64,000 nucleotides of DNA from Camelus ferus (GCF_009834535.1 NC_045696.1:27592001-27656000); one strand, 5' to 3'; shown: positions 27,461-41,800, numbered from the stretch's first letter. Program-made: numbers and translations. Notes: generated by a model from the letters alone, not told the origin.

Positions 27461-28419
27461 AATGCTATTCTGATGCTTCTAATCAAATTACTGAAAAAAG
27501 GAGAGACTTACTTTGTAATGAAAATGCTCTCACTGCCATGATATTAAAAATACAAATGCGACCATAAGCACAATTGCCAAAATATTCCTTTTTAACATAA
27601 AAAAAATGTCTTTCAGAGTAAATTGTTATACCATCTGATTTTATCAGTGAAAAATGCAAGCAGGAGGTTCCCACTTACTGTCCTTTTTCTCTTTGTTCTT
27701 CTTTTTACCATAATAATGAGCTCTTGGAAGACTTTTGAAACTCACAGATCACATCTGAAGAAATATCATTCAAGAAGATATAAGGCAGAGACAATGTTTT
27801 AGTTGAAGCCCTAGCATGCCTGGAAAACCTGTAATCATTCTCAGCAGATAACTGATTATTTGGCTGGAATATGTTTAAAGGAGAAGCTTTGCTCCAAAGT
27901 TGGATAAGTGAAGGTGGGATTCAAGCACGATAAAGAACAGTAAGGGGTAGAGGGGCAGTAACAACTATAAAGCCTTTATGATTTCTTTAATATTGCCAGG
28001 AAGCACATAAAAGGTTTCCAGAGCTGACCAGATACTGTTAAAAAATAATTGTGGCTTCCTTGCTGTGAATTACAAGTCTTTATATGTGGAAAAAATTTTG
28101 GTGGACACACAAGGCAGGAAAAGAAAATTAATTTTAATTTCAAATACTCTGTGACATGCTGCAGTTTTTCCAATGACAAAGATGTCTCATGATTTTAAAG
28201 AGTTAGCAAAGCATGTAATACTTGTGTAAGAAATTGTTGATTATTCTGCTGCAAATAGTTCCCTAATGAATGTTAACTTTTTATGGAAATGGTATAAAGA
28301 CAAATAAAATTCAACCACGGAAGTAACATAAGGTAAAGTTTTATTCAGTAAATCTTACAACTGAATGATGCTTTTTAAGTGGTATTCTTTAAGAAGTGAG
28401 TTTCATAATTATTGCACAG

Positions 28420-28590
28420 AGTAGTAAAATTGTACTGAATTGGAAGACAGAAGACCTTGGAGTAAAATTCTGAATCTGTCGATTACAAACTGTGTGACTT
28501 TGGGAAACTAACTCAACCTGTGTGGATCTCAGATCACTTCCTACAAAAAGAGACAACCGAACTACATAGATCTAAAGTCTTTTCCAGCAT
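28420..28590 (+). mobile_element. MIR (MIR3-like) SINE
   Basis: actgaattggaagacagaagacc...actgtgtgactttgggaaac...tagatctaaagtcttttccagc. Confidence 0.65.
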
Positions 28591-28688
28591 CAGTACTCTC
28601 AAGTTAATCAACACATTTTTTGTGTGTGTTGATTTGTTTTCAGAGCAAAATAAATTCTGTAAAGACTGCATGACAGAGTCATCATGCC

Positions 28689-29241
28689 TGTATTAATTAT
28701 CTATTGCTGCGTAACAAATTACCCTAGAAACTTAGCAGCTGAATAAAACAAACATTTATTATCTCACATAATTTCTGAGGGTCAGGAATCTGGAAGTGGT
28801 CTAGCTGACTGGTTCTGATTAAGATCTCTCATGAGGTTGCAGTCAAGGTGGTGGCTGGGCTGCAGGCATCTGAAGGCTTGGCAGGTGCCGGACAATCTAC
28901 TTCTAAGTTCACTTACACGATTGTTGGCAGCCCTCAATTCCTCACTACCCGTTGACCCAAATCTTTAGCACCTTACGTCATAGGTTTCCTCATTGGGCTG
29001 CTTACAACATGGAAGCCAGTTCCCGCTGAGTGAGGGATCCAAGGCTAGTGAGTGTGTATAAGTGAAAAGGTACCCATGATTAAAGGCATAGTCTTGCATA
29101 AGAAAATATATGAAGTGACATTCTGTTATATGCTATCAGCCACATGGACCATCAGTGATTCGGTGATCAGTGATACATGGGAGGTCATGAATACTGCGAT
29201 GTGTTAATAATTGGAGGGAATCTTGGAAGCTAACTACCAAA
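28689..29241 (-). mobile_element. MaLR solo LTR (MLT1F/G/H group), antisense
   Basis: tgtattaattatctattgctgcgtaacaaattacc...aaacatttattatctcac...gggtcaggaatctgg...atcttggaagctaactacca; 5-bp TSD atgcc/gtgcc. Confidence 0.88.
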
Positions 29242-29599
29242 GTGCCTACACTAAATATGTAATTCAGGCACTACTAAATATGTAATTTCTCCTGACGGTT
29301 TAAAAGTTATTTAGGCTATTTCTATTTATTGATTGATTATCTTTATTTTCATTAATTTACTGATGGCTTTTTAAAGATGTGTGTTTGCCTTAACTAAGTC
29401 CTAGGCCACTAACCTTCTTCTGCAAAAGAGAAGAATCTTTTAACGTTTTAATTTTAATTACACTCAATTTTCATTTTACTATTATGAAGTGTGTCAGCAC
29501 CAGTCTGATTTTACAACCATCAATAATTTGTTGTTATTCTTATTATTTGAATTTTTTTGGATATACCAATATTTGCCCACTTAATTTCTTAAAATTAAC

Positions 29600-30560
29600 T
29601 CCTCCTTGAAGTCTAAGCCTTCACTTTTCCTCTAAAAAAAGATAATACTTTTTTTTGGTCATTCTCTCTACACATGACTAAGTAATAAACTTTGTATTGC
29701 CTAAAAACAGTATTTGTTTTACCCTTACTCTTAAATAACAATTTTCCTGGGCAGGGAATTTTACATTTATTGTGTTTTTTTTCAGTCAGCATGTTAAAGA
29801 TATTATTTCACTGTTTTCTGATATGTATTGTTGCTAGTGAGATATATGTTAAATGATTTAATTGTCAATATTCATGGATAATCTGTCTTTTATGGTAGGG
29901 GAGAGAACAATTTGTAAGGTTTTTAAAAAACTTTTCTCTAAGACTCAGTGAGTAGCTTTACCCGAGGAGCCACATCTGTCTTTAATTCAGAAATTTCTCA
30001 GCCACTATCTTTTAAAATTGTCTTTCAGACATCTCTTTCAGCAATCTTAGTCATATGTGTTGTACTCTTATCAATTTTCAATGCCTTCTGATTTCTTTTT
30101 TTAATATATTTTTGACTCCATAGTTTTCTGTGCAACAAGCTAGGAAAATAATTTCAATTTACTCCTTCATTTCTCACTAATTTGTTTAATATATTCATTA
30201 AGTTTTAATTTTAATTACTGTATTTTTCATGTCTAAATTATTTGGTTATTTTAAAAAACTACTTATCCAAATTTTATTCTCTTTTTCTTATCGTTTTGCT
30301 TTTATTCTTTGATTTTTGTATTTCTGCATAGTTTTTATATGTCCTTCTGGTAATTTCTCTTCTTTTGATCCCTTTGACAATTTTAGCTAAAGTTACAGTC
30401 ATCACATTTTTTCCATTAACTCTAGTACTAGGGATACTCTGGCTTTTTATGACATTAGACTCTCTCTCATGGTGTTTCATTTCCTTGTGTGATTTGTACT
30501 TTTTCTGTGGTGAATGCTTTTCAATGAGTGTCCTATATGTCCTTAATTATGGAAGTTTCC
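29600..30560 (-). mobile_element. Old L1 (L1M) 5'/ORF1-region remnant, antisense
   Basis: cagcatgttaaagatattatttcactgttttctgatatgtattgttgct...aaatttctcagccactatct, T-rich antisense L1 signature. Confidence 0.6.
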
Positions 30561-30660
30561 CTACTGACTTTTAAAAATATATACATTTCAGTGGTTTTAT
30601 GATAATTTCTCAGCTTGTTATTCCTCTCTTATGTAATGTAATTTGTAATCCTTGTACTAT

Positions 30661-30695
30661 ACACACACTTACACACACACACACACACACACACA
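30661..30695 (+). repeat. (CA)n microsatellite
   Basis: acacacacttacacacacacacacacacacacaca. Confidence 0.9.
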
Positions 30696-31073
30696 TTCTC
30701 TGACCATTTACTTCACCTCTGTACTCTCAGCAGCACAGATTCTAATGTATAGTAGATATATTTTTGGTAAATATCTGTTTCACAAAAGGATGCATGGATG
30801 GTCCATGATTCCTTAAATAAATAATATGCTGTAGGAATGTCTGAACTACCTTCTCTTCTGAAAAATTGTTCCATGTTTCATAACCTCACGTCTTGAGTTC
30901 ATTCCCTCCATCTTGGCAACTTAAACTCTCATCTTCTAAGGATTCTCTCTAAAAACATTTTCTTTGGAAGCTTTGTTCAATTTAAATACGTAAGCTTTTC
31001 AAATAAATTACATGTTCTTATTAATATAAATTTCCTTCAGAAATATACTGATTTTTCATCTTGGCATAATTAG

Positions 31074-31440
31074 TACTATAGACTAAACGTTTGTGTACCC
31101 TACTCCCAAATTCATATGTTGAAATCCTAACCCCCATTCTTATGGTATTAGGAGGTGGGTCCTTTGGTAGCTAATTAGGTCAGAAGGGCAGAGCCTCAAG
31201 AATGGGATTAACAGCTTTATAAAAGATACATGAAGCACTCCCTAGCCCCTTAGTATATGAGGACACAGTGAAAAAATGTCTGTATGTGAACCAGGAAGCT
31301 GGTCCTCACCAGACACTGAATCTGCTAGTGTCTTGATGTTGGACTTCCCAGACTCTAGAACTGTGAGAAATAAATTTCTATTTTTTATAAACCACTAAGT
31401 CTGTGGTATGCTTTTACAGCAGCCTGAATGGACTATGACA
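31074..31440 (+). mobile_element. MaLR solo LTR (MLT1A/MLT1A0-like)
   Basis: cccaaattcatatgttgaaatcctaacccc...ggtattaggaggtggg...ggacttcccagactctagaactgtgagaaataaatttct...gcagcctgaatggactatgaca; TSD attag/cttag. Confidence 0.92.
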
Positions 31441-31589
31441 CTTAGATTTTAATATTCCCTGCTCTTTGCATTTTACTAGAACTTTGAGAATGTACTTAAT
31501 CAGAAAGCACTTCTGACAACTTGACATGCTTGTCTTAGATATGCCACAGAAACATTCATGCAGAAGTTTAGCTTGTTGGCTGAGAGAAG

Positions 31590-31920
31590 AAGTCAGTCAA
31601 CATATGTGTTCATTTGGCACTCACAATTTTAAAAAGATAGTAATTTGTTGTCAACATTGAAAAATAAATACACTGGAAATAGTAATACGTATTATTTTGG
31701 GTGTGTATGTGTCAAAAAAAATCAGATAATGTGGCAGTCATAGCCTGCATTTTTTCCTTTTGACCACTGGTTAAAACTGAGATGCAGCTGCACTATTTTG
31801 ATGGTTTATGTTCTATCAACTTTGCCATGGTGTTTATTTCTTTTTGTTTTAGACTGTCAGTTTCACTCACTTATATTTCTGCCTGGATCCTGTAATTATT
31901 TAGAGTTTTGGGATGTGGAT
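31590..31920. mobile_element. Degenerate hAT-type DNA transposon (MER102/MER58-like)
   Basis: aatttgttgtcaacattgaaaaat...cagataatgtggca...cacttatatttctgcctggatcctgta resembles this group; family uncertain. Confidence 0.4.
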
Positions 31921-34899
31921 GTGAAACATTCTTCATAGCTCAGTGTTGCCAAATTTTATTGCCTTAGGCCACAGGGTGAAAATTTTATGTACTGCTATCC
32001 ATTGTTAATTAGTTCATTTGAAGTATAAGAATGAATAGACATTAAGGTATAAATATAATGATCTATATTTTAACTGAATTATATTGCTAACCTTTGTTTC
32101 TATTTTTTCTCCTATGAAAACATGCAGTTATTATTATAGGAACACAATTTTACACATACATTTAAGTTAGCTATCATGCAAAATTTGCCTAAATCTGCCT
32201 TGGACATTACAAGTATATTTGTTAACTCAACAAATATCTGTTAACCAAATATGATATATTCTTAAGGAGAGATGGACATTTTTATGATAGCTGAGTAATG
32301 ATCAACTGATTAGATTACCACACAGTCTTAAAAACTGACAAATAATAAACTTGAAATGTTGCTATGGAAGTTACCTAAATAATGGCATTGGGCCACTGAG
32401 CAGCAAGATAACATTTAGATTCTAAAGTAGTCTGATTACTAGTTCTGTTTGTTTTAAAGAAAAAGAACCCAGTCAGTTTTAAGGTAAATTTAGGCTTATT
32501 AATGTTTATATTCATAGTGTCTGTCAATTTGAATAAAAGCCAAGTTATAGAAATTAATATATAAAATGTTAGGAAACAATACACATTATTTTTCAGAGTA
32601 AGGTTTAATTTTTAACTTGCATGAGACTAGCGTTTATAGAGGCTGGAAGGCTGGATCGTGGAAGTGTTGCTGACACTCAGATCTGTGGGAGAGCTCTGAA
32701 TGGATATCCGAGCCATCAAGAATAATAACATGGAATCTTAAAACCCCAGTCTTAGGACCGCTTATAGTTACATTCCCAATTATCTGGAGCTGGCTTCCTT
32801 AGGACAGTGCCACAGGGAGCCCTTCATCTACCATGCAAACTTTGACAGAGGATGAGATTACAGACACTCCTGAAAGGGCATAATCAATATTCAGGCAGAC
32901 CACAGATTAAAAAATTATATGATCTCAGTTGTGTGACCACTCTCTGGAGAGCACTATAAAAAAAGAGAACAAAGGGTGTAGTCCTTAGCATTCAGAAACA
33001 TAGTTTGCTTTTATGTAGTCTAACCCAGTCTGAGTTCAAAAAAACACATTTGTACTTTTAATGTGATGCAAAGTTAGATCATCCAAAAACGACATGAACA
33101 CAGTGACCATGACAATATGCTTGCTCCCTGTTAGATCATGATCATACTCATCAAGGGCTGCGGCAAGTGCCATTCTGCCATGCAGCTCCTTCTGTTCTAC
33201 AGCAGGATGCTTCTTAGATATATGGAAGCAATAACATAAAGATAATTGCTACTACTTCTCTTCCCTGAAATGGGTGCATAAGAGTTGTGTGTAAATGATT
33301 CTTACTGTAATCCATAGATACCCTTACTTCCCAATTACTCTTCAAGTATACTCCCATTGCTCTTTAGTTAATTGTGTTCATTTAAATATTTCAGAACAGG
33401 AAAAAAAAAACGTGGAGCTATATTTCTTGAGATCCTTATCAGAATTGGAAATAATCAAAAATTCTACACTTTTCTTTTTCTTTTACTCAAGCCTTGAGCA
33501 CCTTCCAGGAACAAGCAACTTGGAGTTAAGTGAGCTCTCTCTTGCTTCTGCTATTTACCTCTATATTCTATTTCAAAGTATCCTGGTTCTCAGCACTGAT
33601 ATTGGTAAAGAAAAATTACACGTAATTAGAGAAGGTGGGTCTATGTTCATAAATGCTTTTTAAATGAAGAGAGTTTAGAAAAATAAGTTAAGTGTGATTT
33701 ATCAAGTTCAAATCATGCCCTATTTTATGTTACGGTGACATTGAAAAAAGTGTACTTTTACTCATTTCCTACTAAATGCTACAAAAATTTACTAGTAAAA
33801 TAAAAGTATTTTTTTCTAATAGAAAAATGCAAAAAAGTCAATAGCTTAAAATACTTCATTTTCTACTTTATCTAGTAAGAGTGAAAAGGCATTTTATAAA
33901 ATAGGACAGATTTAGTTGTGAATTTTATCCCTCAAGCACAAGGTAGAAGATGTTAATGTAGAAGATCTACTCACAGAAATCTCTGTAACATTTAAAAATT
34001 TCCCTGATCACCAAGGAAAGTTACTCTGGATTGACATGATTCCTGTCCATGTTTTCTTTCTTTTTTCTTTTGGAAGATTGAAATAAGGTACCCTGTTAAC
34101 TTTACATTTACAGATGTTAACTTAACATCTCCACACATCATGCCATGTTAAATATTTATACAGCCAAAAATTTACCATGGTGGAGAGGTGAACTGAAAAT
34201 ATATCAAGAATTCAATATTGTGTGATAACATTCAGAGTACTGACATCAGCATTTAGCTTCAAATATCAGTACGAATTTGAAAGAAAATAAACATTCCTAA
34301 TTCTATAAACATGGGTCTTTCATCAGTTATTTTTAAATAATTTTACCATATTAAAGGGAAGGGTCAGGGCAAAATGTTTATATGTAAAGTACTAATAAAA
34401 TATATACTTTTCTACTTATGTTAATGTACATAAAATTACTTAAAAAGGAATGGCCTGGGCAGTTTTCTGGTGTCATAGCTAAGAATGCTGTTTAGAGGAT
34501 GTTGGTATACGTGGATTCTGTTGTACCCGTTCTGTAGCAGCACTAAGGAACAGAAATGAGTGGTGCATTGGGTAGGAGTGGAGGGGATATACCAGGAGGT
34601 ACAGGCTGTTTGTCTAAAGGACATTTCAGGGAAATCTCTGAAAGACAATTTCAGAGTCCAAAAAGCACTCAGAAGGAATTCTAAAGCTATCAAGAAATAT
34701 ACTTTAAGAATTAGTAGCTTTAACTCCATTGTGTTTCACCATGCACTATGCTATTTGGAACAAGGCAAAAGCTCTTATTGCATTGAATATCCGATGGTAT
34801 GATAATATAAATTCATAATAACAGACACGGAAAGGGAGATTTGGACAGCTGATGTTACTGAAAACGTTTGGCGACGTATCTGGGGAGAGGCAACATGAT

Positions 34900-35105
34900 A
34901 CAAAGACTTCTGACCAGTAGCCAAAACTGCCACTCACTAGCTATGTGGACTTTGGCAAGTCATATTACTTCTTTGTGCCTCAGTTTCCTATCTATAAAAA
35001 TTGGATAATAACACCTACCTGATTGAGCTGTTATGAGGAATAAATGATTTCGTACATGTAAACTTCTTAGAATTGTGCATAGACTGTTTAAGTGTTAAGT
35101 AACTA
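34900..35105 (+). mobile_element. MIR SINE
   Basis: ctgccactcactagctatgtggactttggcaagtca...tgtgcctcagtttcctatctataaaa...ataataacacctacct. Confidence 0.85.
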
Positions 35106-38100
35106 ACACATATAAATACATGCAGGATAATATATATATATTTATATATATACATAATTTATATGTAAATATGTACAATTCATTTTTATTTTTTGTTACC
35201 TTATTTATTCCCATTATCTTATTATAATTGAATAAGCTACCATTAAATGCAAACTATTTTCTCATGAAGGAAAAAAAAGCCTTTAAAATAATAAGAAACA
35301 AGCTTTCCATATGAAAGTCAAACTCAGGAGTGTATTAGTAGTTGTCACTAATTAAATCAGACTGGGGAAAGTCAAATTTATAGTGAAAAATCCCAGTATA
35401 AACTGGTAAATTCCACATGTAAAGGAGTAATTACGTTCTTGGAACATCTGGATACAACGTGATACTCAGTTCCATAGTCTTTCATACATTTGGTTGGGGG
35501 TTTATTGAAAGAGTGGAAGAAAAAGTATACACCTAGCACCTAGTGAAGTGACTTGCCAATACTATATGAGTGCCCTGGATGGAAAAATGAAAGCCAGCGA
35601 CCCTCATTTCTAGGAATAAGATACACCAACATATTTGATCCAAACATATGAACTCTAAATACATATAACTAATTCGCATGTTACTTAATTTCTCAATTTA
35701 AAATGTTAATTGAGTGTGAATGGGATTAAAAAAAACTGAAGGGCTACTGAACTGTAGAAAGAAGTATTGTTGGATATAAAGTAGGAATTTTCAATATATG
35801 AAGGTGATATTCTCTAGCGGCTCCAACATACACTGTCTTTTAAATAGAGTTAAAATATACAATGGACTTTTTTTGGTCAATCTGTATATTCTGGGGACTT
35901 CAGTAGTTGAGTTTCAAAGCTTTCTGTTAGATGAGCAAGAACAAGATTCCAGAATTCCATATGAATTAAACACATTCCAACCAACAGAGAGTGATGGGCT
36001 ACTTCAACAGGGCCTACTGCCCCTAGAGTGCCAAGGTGTAATAGTTTCTTCAGTCAACCAATTAGACAATATATTAAGAAGCAAGGAGCACTCCAAAGCA
36101 GGAGTGAAAACATAATGGTAAAATGTCACTCAGATAAAAATAATAGGAGACACCTGTAAAACTAGCATTAAATAGTTAATAAAGCATTTCCCATGCATTA
36201 CTGCATTTGCTCTAAGGACATATGATCCTGTACCTGAGACAGTAGACAGCGCTGAATCATTACCTTACAGAAGGGAAACTAAGAATCAGTGAAGTCAGAT
36301 TCAAGATCAACAATTTAATACATAACCTAAATATACTGAAAATCTAGGTGTTTTGGTCTAGTTCACACCCTTTCCCGTTCCTTGTAATATGGTCTTTCTT
36401 TTTACATGACTCATTAAGTTGTAGACTCTTAAATAATCTTAGAATTCATAGGTTTAAAAGCACATATACGCCCTAAAAAACCCTGTGAGCTCGTATTACT
36501 ATGTAAATTGGAGTCGATGTACACGTTAAACTAATATTTCGTAAAGAAAATGAGAAAATAACTTTTGACCTGGAGATAATTATAATGAACTTTTGTAAAT
36601 ATCAAAAATACTGAAGCACATAATAAAATAATTTATTTCAAATATGTGGATCTTATCCACACTTTAGATTATCTTTAAAAGACATGAAGCATATATGTGT
36701 TGCTCATAATTCCCAAATATAAATTCTAGAACTTAAAATATAAAAATAATACCTGAACATACAACATAAATACATAAAATCACTGAATTTTATATAAGAA
36801 TGACTTATTTCAACAAGAGTATTTTCTAAGGGAATGATGTTTGCAAACTCTAATCTATTTTGTAAGGCTATTTCAAAGTTTGAATGAACACAGTAAAAAT
36901 AGCTACAAGTCAAAAGAAGTGGGCTGAGACACCACTCTACTGTCAATTTAGAAAGTGATTAAACAAGCATTTTTTGCTGTGTCTACAATAGGGCAAATGG
37001 AGAACAATTCTCATTAATAATTTCCCTTTGGGAGTAGCATATTTTTAATGCAACATGTTCAATATCCACTGAATTGCTTTGTGATCTGTATAAGATTGAA
37101 CATGATCAATACAATTAAACCTAAATTTAGATGAAGTGACTAATGGCAAACAAAAATAAAACTCACAGCCCCTAGATTAATCTCAATGTAATTTTGCAGG
37201 CATTCATACAATAAAGGTGATAGTCCATTTATGAAGGCATGAGAGTTCTTATCCTGTTTAAAAGATGGCCAAAACTCTAAGTTAGAGTCTATTTCTTTAA
37301 TTCAAAATGACCACAGGAGACATTTCACTCTTGAGATAGATACATTATGGAAAAAAGTACTTAGGATCAAAGGCTCAGATTATGATCACTTTTTAAATGA
37401 TGTATTTCCCTGTTTCAAAAGTTTATACATGTTATAGAAAAATTCAAATCATGAACATAAGCAAGATGATAATGTCACTGATAGGTTCATAAAAGTGTAC
37501 AGAGTTGACATCAAATGCATGTTCAAAATGGAAAATAAATTATTAAGTGTTGATACATTCCATACATATTATTAAAACCATCATGTAAATAACCATCCTT
37601 TAAGAAAAAAATTATTTTAAGAACTTTTTCATTTCTTAATATTAACTTTCAGTTAAGTTACTATACGTAAATAGTATAGTAGTGAGAAATTGAGAGCTAT
37701 CTCAAGTTTTCCGGGAAAATGTGTATTTCTAGCCATTCGCATGATAAAGCATTTTGCTGCATGTTCATAATTTGTATAAATCATCTGAAGTGTAAGTATA
37801 CTAACATACAGTCTATGAAATCCATAAAGATAGAATTACATTATATTCTGTCAATTTAAAAAATTGGAACATTTTTCAATTTCTAATATGGTTTCTCAAA
37901 ATTTAGAACCTGCCTCAAACAATGTGGGTTTAAACAGAAGTTTAAAGACTAAGCATAAAAATGTACAAAAATGGAAAAGAGGTATGAAAAAACAACATTT
38001 GCATAAAGTATTATTGCTATTAATGCCTATTAAAACATGTTTGATCCTTCAGTGAAATGAGTTAGTAGTATATAAACATTAGAAAAGGTCATGGCTATGC

Positions 38101-39503
38101 TAATTCATACAGCCTTCATGTTTTCAAGGCGGTGTATTAAAAAGCTTTAGATGAAACAGTATCTGACCCAAATAAGTACAATTTCTCCCCCAGTTGGTTA
38201 GAGCAATTAAGGATTTATGTTTATTTAAATATTCAGCTTTTTCTTAACCTTTTCTAAGTATTGACCATGAAGCAGCGGTTCACCTTGGGATGTTATTTCA
38301 GTATCCCACTTCCAGAGGGCAAGGCTTTCTGACATGGCAGATCATATCGGGGCCCCAGTTTAGTGTATGTATCTAAATGTAAGAGTTGAAGTGATGCATT
38401 TTATCTTATGTGAATACCTTTGAAAAACAGGACAAGTGAATATTTCCATAATATAAAATCAACTTAAAGGGTCCCAGAAATCTTCCACCGAAACCTCTCA
38501 TACACTTTTTATAATTAGATAGGTACACATCACTGTGTAATCTGGCTGTTATTTTTCTTGATAGGAATTTTTTTTTTTACTTTCCTGAATTTGAATTCTT
38601 GTAAAAAATGAGGCTGCTACAAATATTGGTGGGAACTTCTCCGTCCTCCCCCTCATGCTAAGATGTTGCCCTTGTATTAATATATTAGGTCAATCATTTG
38701 GTAGGCATCATGTCTTTTACAAAAATTCCCACACTCAGATGGCTGTCAGTGGTGGTGACAGTGAACCGTTATGCAAAGCCCCCCAAATACTTTGTAAACT
38801 CGAATCTTTGAGCACAATAGTAAAGTTCAGTGCTGGAAAGAGATAGTGTACTGAATACACAATACCCAGCTTTGTCTGATGGGGGCTTCTGTAAAGGAGT
38901 AGGCTACTTAATCTCCCCATTTGCCCTGGGGATTCTAACTGTTTTAATGTGTCCTTTTTGAGAGTCTGTGAACTGTAGAATATATGCTGGTAACAACTTT
39001 CTCTGGGGCTTTCCTTGGAAAAGCCCAAAGCTGCCAACACAAGAAAGCTGACACAGTGGTGCTAACAAACACAAAGGAGACCTTTAGCTGTTTGTGCAAA
39101 CTGCCTGGCTAAAGTTTCATGTCATGCCTTGATGAAGGATCTAATTCTTTGGCTCATTGCAGAGGAATCTAGCTTTTGTGACAGTGTGGAAAGGATAGCT
39201 TCTTCATGGAGTCAGGAAAGAATGGAAAAATTTGATGTAACATCAAGGAAATTTGTGATACTTGAAATAAGATAAAGGATTAAATTATATAAGACTACTA
39301 ATGACATTTACTATTATATTACCAATTACCTATGTTGATCATTTACTCAAGACTATTTTTTAGGATCCATTAATACCATTTACTTAAATGAGAAGTTATG
39401 GTGAAATGGCAATTTTAGTTTTCTATTATTATTCAATATTACACGTATTCAAATAAAACATTAAGTACAAAGTTAACTTCACTATGTCTTTTTAAAATTC
39501 AAT

Positions 39504-39604
39504 GGTAATCATTCTGCAATACACAAATGTATCAAATCACCAAGTTGGCACTCTAAACTCAGCCAATGTTATGTGTCAATTATATCTCAATAAAGCTGGG
39601 AAAA
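39504..39604 (+). mobile_element. Very short L1 (L1MA-type) 3' terminal fragment
   Basis: caatgttatgtgtcaattatatctcaataaagctgggaaaaa; possible TSD aaaattcaatgg/aaaactcaaagg. Confidence 0.75.
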
Positions 39605-40814
39605 ACTCAAAGGCATTTAAGAAATTGTATTTAAAGTATTATTCTAACTTCTAACTTCCTCACTCAGGAATATATCTAGGATGCTAAAAAGAAATTCCAC
39701 AGCTAGGAGTGCTAAGCTGTTCCAACTATTCAAATGGCATTCTTATCTGAAGGTTGACTAAATTTACGTGAGCCAATACATCAATATATTAGGAATTTTG
39801 CCATCCCGAAAAGCCATATATCATCTATAAGAGAACTTTTTCTACTTATGCATTTACAATGCTCATTAAACTTATGAAAATCACATGTATGCATGACTGC
39901 AAACTAGAAACCTTACTTAAGACGTGGTATTTTTACAAGTATAGCACCTAATGAATTTTGTAATATTGAATGTGTTGAAAGTTCACTATATGATAATCAC
40001 CAAGTTAATGAAGATGAATTTTCTTAAAATGAAGAGAAGAAATATCTGAGTTTTAGATTAATGAAGTGAGACAGACAAAGCTGCATTAGAAATGCTCATA
40101 GTAAATAAAAGAAATGGGTCCCACTGTGTGACTTTAAATTGCAAATCCCACTTTCATACAGGATAGATAACCCTGTTAGTTGTCTTCTTACCTGGCCCAA
40201 ACCATGCTACCCTCAGATCCCTCCCCAACACCTCACCTCCATCCCTCCTTGCCCACTGCATATGACCTGAATGGTCTGGAGAGCAGTGTGTTGAACTTAT
40301 TTTAGCTCTCTGGGCAGGAAATCTCCCCTGTCTTGTGCAGTGTATTGTTCTACAGTCATACAGTTGACTTCTAATGAGGCTTTCAGGAATACTTTCTATA
40401 CACATCAGGAAAAGGCCTCTAGTTTACTTTGACTGATTAAAAAAATTGTTCATTTGTGAATAGTGACTGGAAAAGAGTTGAACATGGACATAAAGAAAGA
40501 CTAAAAGCGTTTAAGATATTTGGCTCTTAGGCAGAAAAATAAATGCACAAAGTAAATGGTATGTTTTCAAATGTGGTGGTTGTGAAGATTTTGCAAGTAA
40601 TTTATTGTTGTACTATTGTCTATGTCTATCAACTGATTGATGGTAGATTCTGCATTTATTTATCTACGGCTTACCATTTTTTTCTACTTAGGAATTGCAA
40701 ACAAATTGGCTAAAGAACAGTTTATGTCTGAAAGGATAACATCTGAGGCCAAATAAAAATAGACATTTAACTACAAACTTTTTTAACACCACGCTCAAAA
40801 TAGCCAATTTCGTT

Positions 40815-40851
40815 CTTCCTGATCATGGTATCTCCCTTGCCAGGTAAGTAT
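40815..40851 (-). pseudogene. RNU1: U1 snRNA 5' fragment retropseudogene (nt 1-37)
   Basis: Minus strand ATACTTACCTGGCAAGGGAGATACCATGATCAGGAAG vs U1 ATACTTACCTGGCAGGGGAGATACCATGATCACGAAG (35/37); 14-bp TSD ccaatttcgttctt/ccagtttcattctt. Confidence 0.93.
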
Positions 40852-41394
40852 CCAGTTTCATTCTTAACTGAAATCTTATGTTGAGAAATGGTAGAAACTG
40901 TAGCCCAATCTAGCTTAGTCTCAATGGTCTAATTTATTCCACATGGGCCAATCAGTGGAGAAGTGAACTACTCTTTCAAAAAAACAAAAACAAAGACAAA
41001 AAGAAGAGAGTTCAAACCATTGCAACTGGAACACCTTTAGTCCACAGATAGTACTTAATTCTGTGATGAAGGGACATTCTCTCAGCTATCTAGAGATAGA
41101 GATATCTATGGAGATAATCCACTAAATGAAGACTTTCATAAAGGAAATTTCAATTTTGGTTCTTAGCTGCACTCTGGTAATTTATTTTATTCTCACAGAA
41201 GTGTGTTTTGCTGCCATATTTTTTTCCCCTCACCACATAGGCTAGAAAATTCCGGTGTTTTTCACCTTGATAGCCTGAGCTTTAAAACACTATTCATTTG
41301 ATTGCATTGGCTGACTCCAGAAGCCAAACCTGATAGCGTTAACACTTCTGGATTATCATGAGGTGGTCTAGTTTACTGTCTGAAGGCCAAGACA

Positions 41395-41800
41395 GTTGCT
41401 GGATTTGAATTCTGTGACAGTGGGCAAGTCATTTACCCTCTCTTGGTTTCAGTTTCCTCATCTATAAAATGAGGATAATAAAACATATCAGGTTATTGTG
41501 AATGCTAATATTAGCTAATATTTAGTGAGTACTTTCTATATGCCAGGGATTTTTCTAAATAGTTTTTATATATTCTTACAACAAATTTATGAAGTAGGTT
41601 CTATTATTATAGTTTCACTATATTAAGTAATTTGTCCAAAATCACACAATTATTAAATTGTGGAGCTGAGGTTTGAACCCAGTAATTTGGATTCCAGACT
41701 CCATCCTATTAACCATTGCATCAGACTCTCTGCATAAGAAAACATGTGTCAAGTTCCCAGGACAGAGTCCAGTATACAACGGAACTCAATTAAAGTCAGC
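41395..41800. mobile_element. Plus-strand MIR interrupted by an antisense MIR (about 41512-41725)
   Basis: tgtgacagtgggcaagtcatttaccctctc...cagtttcctcatctataaaatgaggataata, then agctaatatttagtgagtact...gtttgaacccag, then a MIR 3'-like tail. Confidence 0.75.

Noticed and set aside
38191..38205. cagttggttagagc resembling a tRNA A-box/D-loop
   Set aside because: No anticodon arm, B box or cloverleaf follows.
38259..38364. Possible plus-strand exon (IDHEAAVHLGMLFQYPTSRGQGFLTWQIISGPQFS)
   Set aside because: Uncommon AAG acceptor, modest donor and unrecognised peptide.
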